A DNA stretch of 63,625 bases, filler included, from Thraustochytrium aureum (taxonomy: Eukaryota): assembly GCA_012862495.1 (NCBI GenBank). It is 5 parts of 3 records of this genome, joined end to end, with 100 filler letters (N's around TTAATTAATTAA, not from the genome) between each part and the next. Parts side by side here need not be neighbours in the genome. Positions count along the whole stretch, not along the records: positions 56,086 to 61,826 come from BLSG01000102.1; positions 61,927 to 63,625 come from BLSG01000105.1; 3 more parts are not named here. One strand, 5' to 3'. The translations under genes and the position numbers were made by a program. The stretch's first letter is position 1. The number at the start of each line of letters is the position of its first letter. Shown here piece by piece: positions 60,715-63,625 of the stretch. Under the pieces are notes generated by a model. The model was not told the DNA's origin. It saw only the letters and a program-made list of their open reading frames with translations, and made no database searches.

Positions 60715-61323
60715 TCAGGGCGGTGCGCCAGGGCTCGCTCTGCCGCTCGCGCGGGCCTTGGCCTCCTGCATGACCTGCTTGCGCATCCACAGCGACTCAA
60801 GCTGGCCAAGGTGAATGCCCAGCTGGTCATTGGCGATCTGCATAGGCGAGGCCTCGCGCGGCCCCGCCGCTCGCCTTGCTCGGTCACGACCCAGTGACGC
60901 CGCCTCAACCTCCGACAGCACAGATACCTGCTCAACTGCGGGCTGCTTGTGGCGCCACGCGAGAGAGGTCTGCTCAGCGCAGAGCCTGATTGCCGTCGGC
61001 CGTCCCTCGCGAGCAGCCGCGCCTAGCGCCTGCTGGACCGCCTCGTCGAAAGCAACCTCAAACCACTCTTGCGCATCGTCCACCGCGTGCGGCTGCGCTG
61101 TGAGGCGGACACGCTGCTCGACAGAGGCCTCGACAGCGTTGCGGCCACCTACCACGACCCCAATAACAACGTCGGACGCGAAGCTGTTCCGAAACCGCAC
61201 CGCGCGGGCCGCTGTCGCCGCCGCCTGGTCGAGCTCCACGACAACGACGCCCTCGGCCCTGCTCCCGGGGCACTCTGCCAGAACAACGGCGTCCGCGATG
61301 GGCGCGCTCGTGTCGGCCGCCAT
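60715..61323 (-). CDS. Nicolin-1-like protein
   Basis: GVVVVEL, VRFRNSFAS, LTAQPHAVDDAQEWFEV and IRLCAEQTSLAW resemble NICN1 motifs as I recall them. Confidence 0.55.
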   Translation of the reverse strand: MAADTSAPIADAVVLAECPGSRAEGVVVVELDQAAATAARAVRFRNSFASDVVIGVVVGGRNAVEASVEQRVRLTAQPHAVDDAQEWFEVAFDEAVQQALGAAAREGRPTAIRLCAEQTSLAWRHKQPAVEQVSVLSEVEAASLGRDRARRAAGPREASPMQIANDQLGIHLGQLESLWMRKQVMQEAKARASGRASPGAPP

Positions 61324-61499
61324 AGCGAAGGCACTCGAGCGAGCAAGAGAGTACTTGCTCTGAAGAGGGTTAGGACTCCACTTCAATCAAGATAGTATCT
61401 TGCCCGCCTCGCGACCACTGCCGCGTGGCAGTCGCGCTTCCTTCCTTCCAGCGCGCAGCGGCACGCAGGCACGCACGCACCGGCACGCAGGTAGGCACC

Positions 61500-61528
61500 G
61501 GCAGGCAGGCAGGCAGGCAGGCAGGCAG
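61500..61528. repeat. (GCAG)n microsatellite
   Basis: Tandem GGCA/GCAG units. Confidence 0.85.
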
Positions 61529-61587
61529 AGCGTGCGAGAGCGCTCTCGAGAGGCGCGCGGCTTGGGCGGCGGTCGTTGGCGCTCCGG

Positions 61588-61825
61588 ATGTGGCCTCAGA
61601 ACGACGACTCTGACCGCGAGTGGTACGCCAAGTACGAGGCAGAGCAACAACGCAGGTACAGGTCGCGCGTGGTGCAGGCCGCTGGGTACGGGTATCTGCT
61701 GGGGCAGACGGTGGGCACGAGCGCGTACGTGCTGCAGACGGGGCGCGTTGGGCCGCAAGCGCTTGGGGCTGGCGTGGTCCTCGGCGTGTGCATCTCGCGG
61801 GTTTTTGCTTGCGGTCGCTCTGAGC
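61588..61825 (+). CDS. Small Gly-rich membrane protein fragment (Romo1/Mgr2/Tim17-like?), cut by contig join
   Basis: GYLLGQTVG and GAGVVLG GxxxG helices after a charged N-terminus. Confidence 0.35.
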
Positions 61826-61870
61826 ANNNNNNNNNNNNNNNNNNNNNNNNNNNNNNNNNNNNNNNNNNNN

Positions 61871-61882
61871 TTAATTAATTAA
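61871..61882. other. Artificial six-frame-stop contig spacer
   Basis: TTAATTAATTAA in an N run. Confidence 0.95.
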
Positions 61883-61926
61883 NNNNNNNNNNNNNNNNNN
61901 NNNNNNNNNNNNNNNNNNNNNNNNNN

Positions 61927-63625
61927 GGCGCCCAATAGTTGAGGTTCTCCACCATGAGCTGCAGGGCGCGGCCCTTGGTGCCCGCCGCGGCGTCTCGCAG
62001 AATCTGCTTTTGCATGTTGGCGCCCGTGTCTGAGACTTCGCCGAGCTTCTTCTGCCAATACCGCTTGCTGCGCACCCGGAAGATGCATACGCGGACCAGC
62101 GTCGCGAGGAACAGCAAAATGCCAAGTCCAATGAACAGCAAGCAGTAGACGACGACCATGCTCTGGAGGCAGCCCGAGGTCTGGAACTCGAGCGGCGAAT
62201 CCTTCAACTCGCTCGGGCACGCATCGTTGCAGAGAAACTCCGCGCACCGGTCGATGAGCAGGTTCGGCAAGTCGTTCTCAGCCGAGGCAAACTTTTCCAC
62301 TGCCCATTTGACCGTCTGCTCCGCCGAGTCGATCGACACGCTCTGCCATTCGTCGCCCAAAACCTGGACACGGATGGAGCCGGCGTCGCCGACCGCGATC
62401 TCGTTCGGAGCCTCCGCTTCAGCGGAAATAGGCAAGATGTAGCGAACGTGCGTGCACGCGGTGCTGAAAAAGTACAGGTTGCTCGTCAGCGACGTGACGT
62501 TGAGCAAGGCATCCGAGACGCGCCTGATCGTGTCGCGTTGCGTCGTACCGTAGGCGCGCAGGAAGCTCAGGACGGACTGCGAGTACAGAAGCTCGTCCTC
62601 CGCGGTCTTGGACGTCTGCGTCTTCGTCACGCCCAAGGTGACCAGCTCGTCGAGGTCAAACTGGCTCTGCAGCACCAGCACGGGCTGCTCTTCGAACCCG
62701 CCCGCAACAAGCACGTTCTCTGCGAAGAGGCATTTGTACAGGCTGTCCGCCGCGCCCCATGCCGCAGCGCACTCCGGAGTAAAGGTTGCGTTGTGCACCC
62801 ACCGCGCAGACGCGTTCTGGAGGCCGAATTCGCGCGTCAACTGCTCCGTGGACAGAGAGTAGTCGTCGACGCCAAAGTAGCGCGAGGGGACCAGGAAGGC
62901 GCTGTCGGTTACGAGGCGCACGTCGCGGGTCTGGCCGGGATTTGCAGCCGCGAGGGCAGCGCGCACCCGCGAAACTGCGTGCAGCGCAGCGACGCCGCCC
63001 CCCTTTGTGCCACCCAGAACAACTTGCTCGGCGTCCCCCAGGCCGCGCGCGAGGAGACTCTGCACGACTTCGTCGAGGACCTTGGCGCCTTGGAAAACCG
63101 AGTCGCTGTCGAGGTCGCCGTTGCCAAGGAACCAGTCGTACGTGCATGCTGGGACGTACACGCGCATGCTTCGCCTGAAGGGCGAGTCTGGGTCGCCGCA
63201 GAGGATCGACTCGGGCTTGGCTTCCAGTGAATCCCACAGCTCGGATGAGCACTGCAATCTTTTCTCGTAGCACGCATAGTTTGCACTTGTAATGTTGAGG
63301 CTGTCCGGGTCAATGCAGTCCTTGGGATCGGCGCCGGAGTTGTCGCACAGCGTCTCGCATCCATCGGCATCCTCAACGGCGCTATTGCACAGCTTGTCGC
63401 ACTCCTCCTTGCTCCCGCACAGCTCCGAGTGCCCCAGCCACAGCACAAAGTCCGGGTTGATCCTGGGCGGGACCGGCGCATCAACAAAGTACATCGCAGG
63501 CGACCCATCGTGGCATTTCGCCGTCGGCAGCGTCACCAGTTCCATCTGTCGATCCGTGCTGCACGCAGCGTCCACGCCCTGGCCCAGGCCGACCGCCGCA
63601 ACGACCGCAGCGCCCAGCCGCCAGA
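61927..63625 (-). CDS. Membrane protein with pectin-acetylesterase/Notum-like ectodomain, TM helix and possible start of an ABC nucleotide-binding domain; both ends truncated
   Basis: Signal-like WRLGAAVVAAVGLG; AKCHDGSPAMYF, VYVPACTYDWFLG, FQGAKVL, EQVVLGGTKGGG, LVTDSAF and QSQFD; TM MVVVYCLLFIGLGILLFL; then LQLMVENLNYWA. Confidence 0.75.

Noticed and set aside
9750..61882. TTAATTAATTAA palindrome recurring four times as a biological element
   Set aside because: Always centred in equal-length N runs; an assembly spacer with stops in all six frames.
817..63508. Numerous long antisense or overlapping ORFs and ORFs spanning N runs
   Set aside because: Shadows of GC-rich coding strands, or artefacts of X-translation through gaps; no motifs.

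Overview
Gene-dense, GC-rich eukaryotic draft scaffold. It has short GT-AG introns with CTRAC branch points, many N gaps, four artificial TTAATTAATTAA contig spacers and frequent single-base frameshifts that look like sequencing errors. Gene content and intron style suggest a protist, possibly a thraustochytrid-like stramenopile (inference only). The main feature is a large minus-strand multimodular non-ribosomal peptide synthetase (about 20.7-32.2 kb) with layout C*-A-[gap]-C-A-T-C-A-T-R. Its first C domain is degenerate, its last A domain has an unfamiliar specificity code, and it ends in a thioester reductase. It lies tail-to-tail with a GPH/MFS transporter. Other unusual genes are an ARO7-type chorismate mutase fused to an internally deleted prephenate dehydratase/ACT module, a catalytically altered pectin-acetylesterase/Notum ectodomain on a membrane protein (possibly an ABC transporter), and three paralogous secreted 'WDP' proteins. 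Housekeeping or ordinary genes include NDOR1, a BET-like bromodomain protein, WS/DGAT, TANGO2, SPFH, DnaJ, an AAAP transporter, PH-ankyrin, SET, Rab, LRR, SLX4-like, PELP1-like, MZT1 and nicolin-like. No rRNA, tRNA, CRISPR array or mobile element was recognised.
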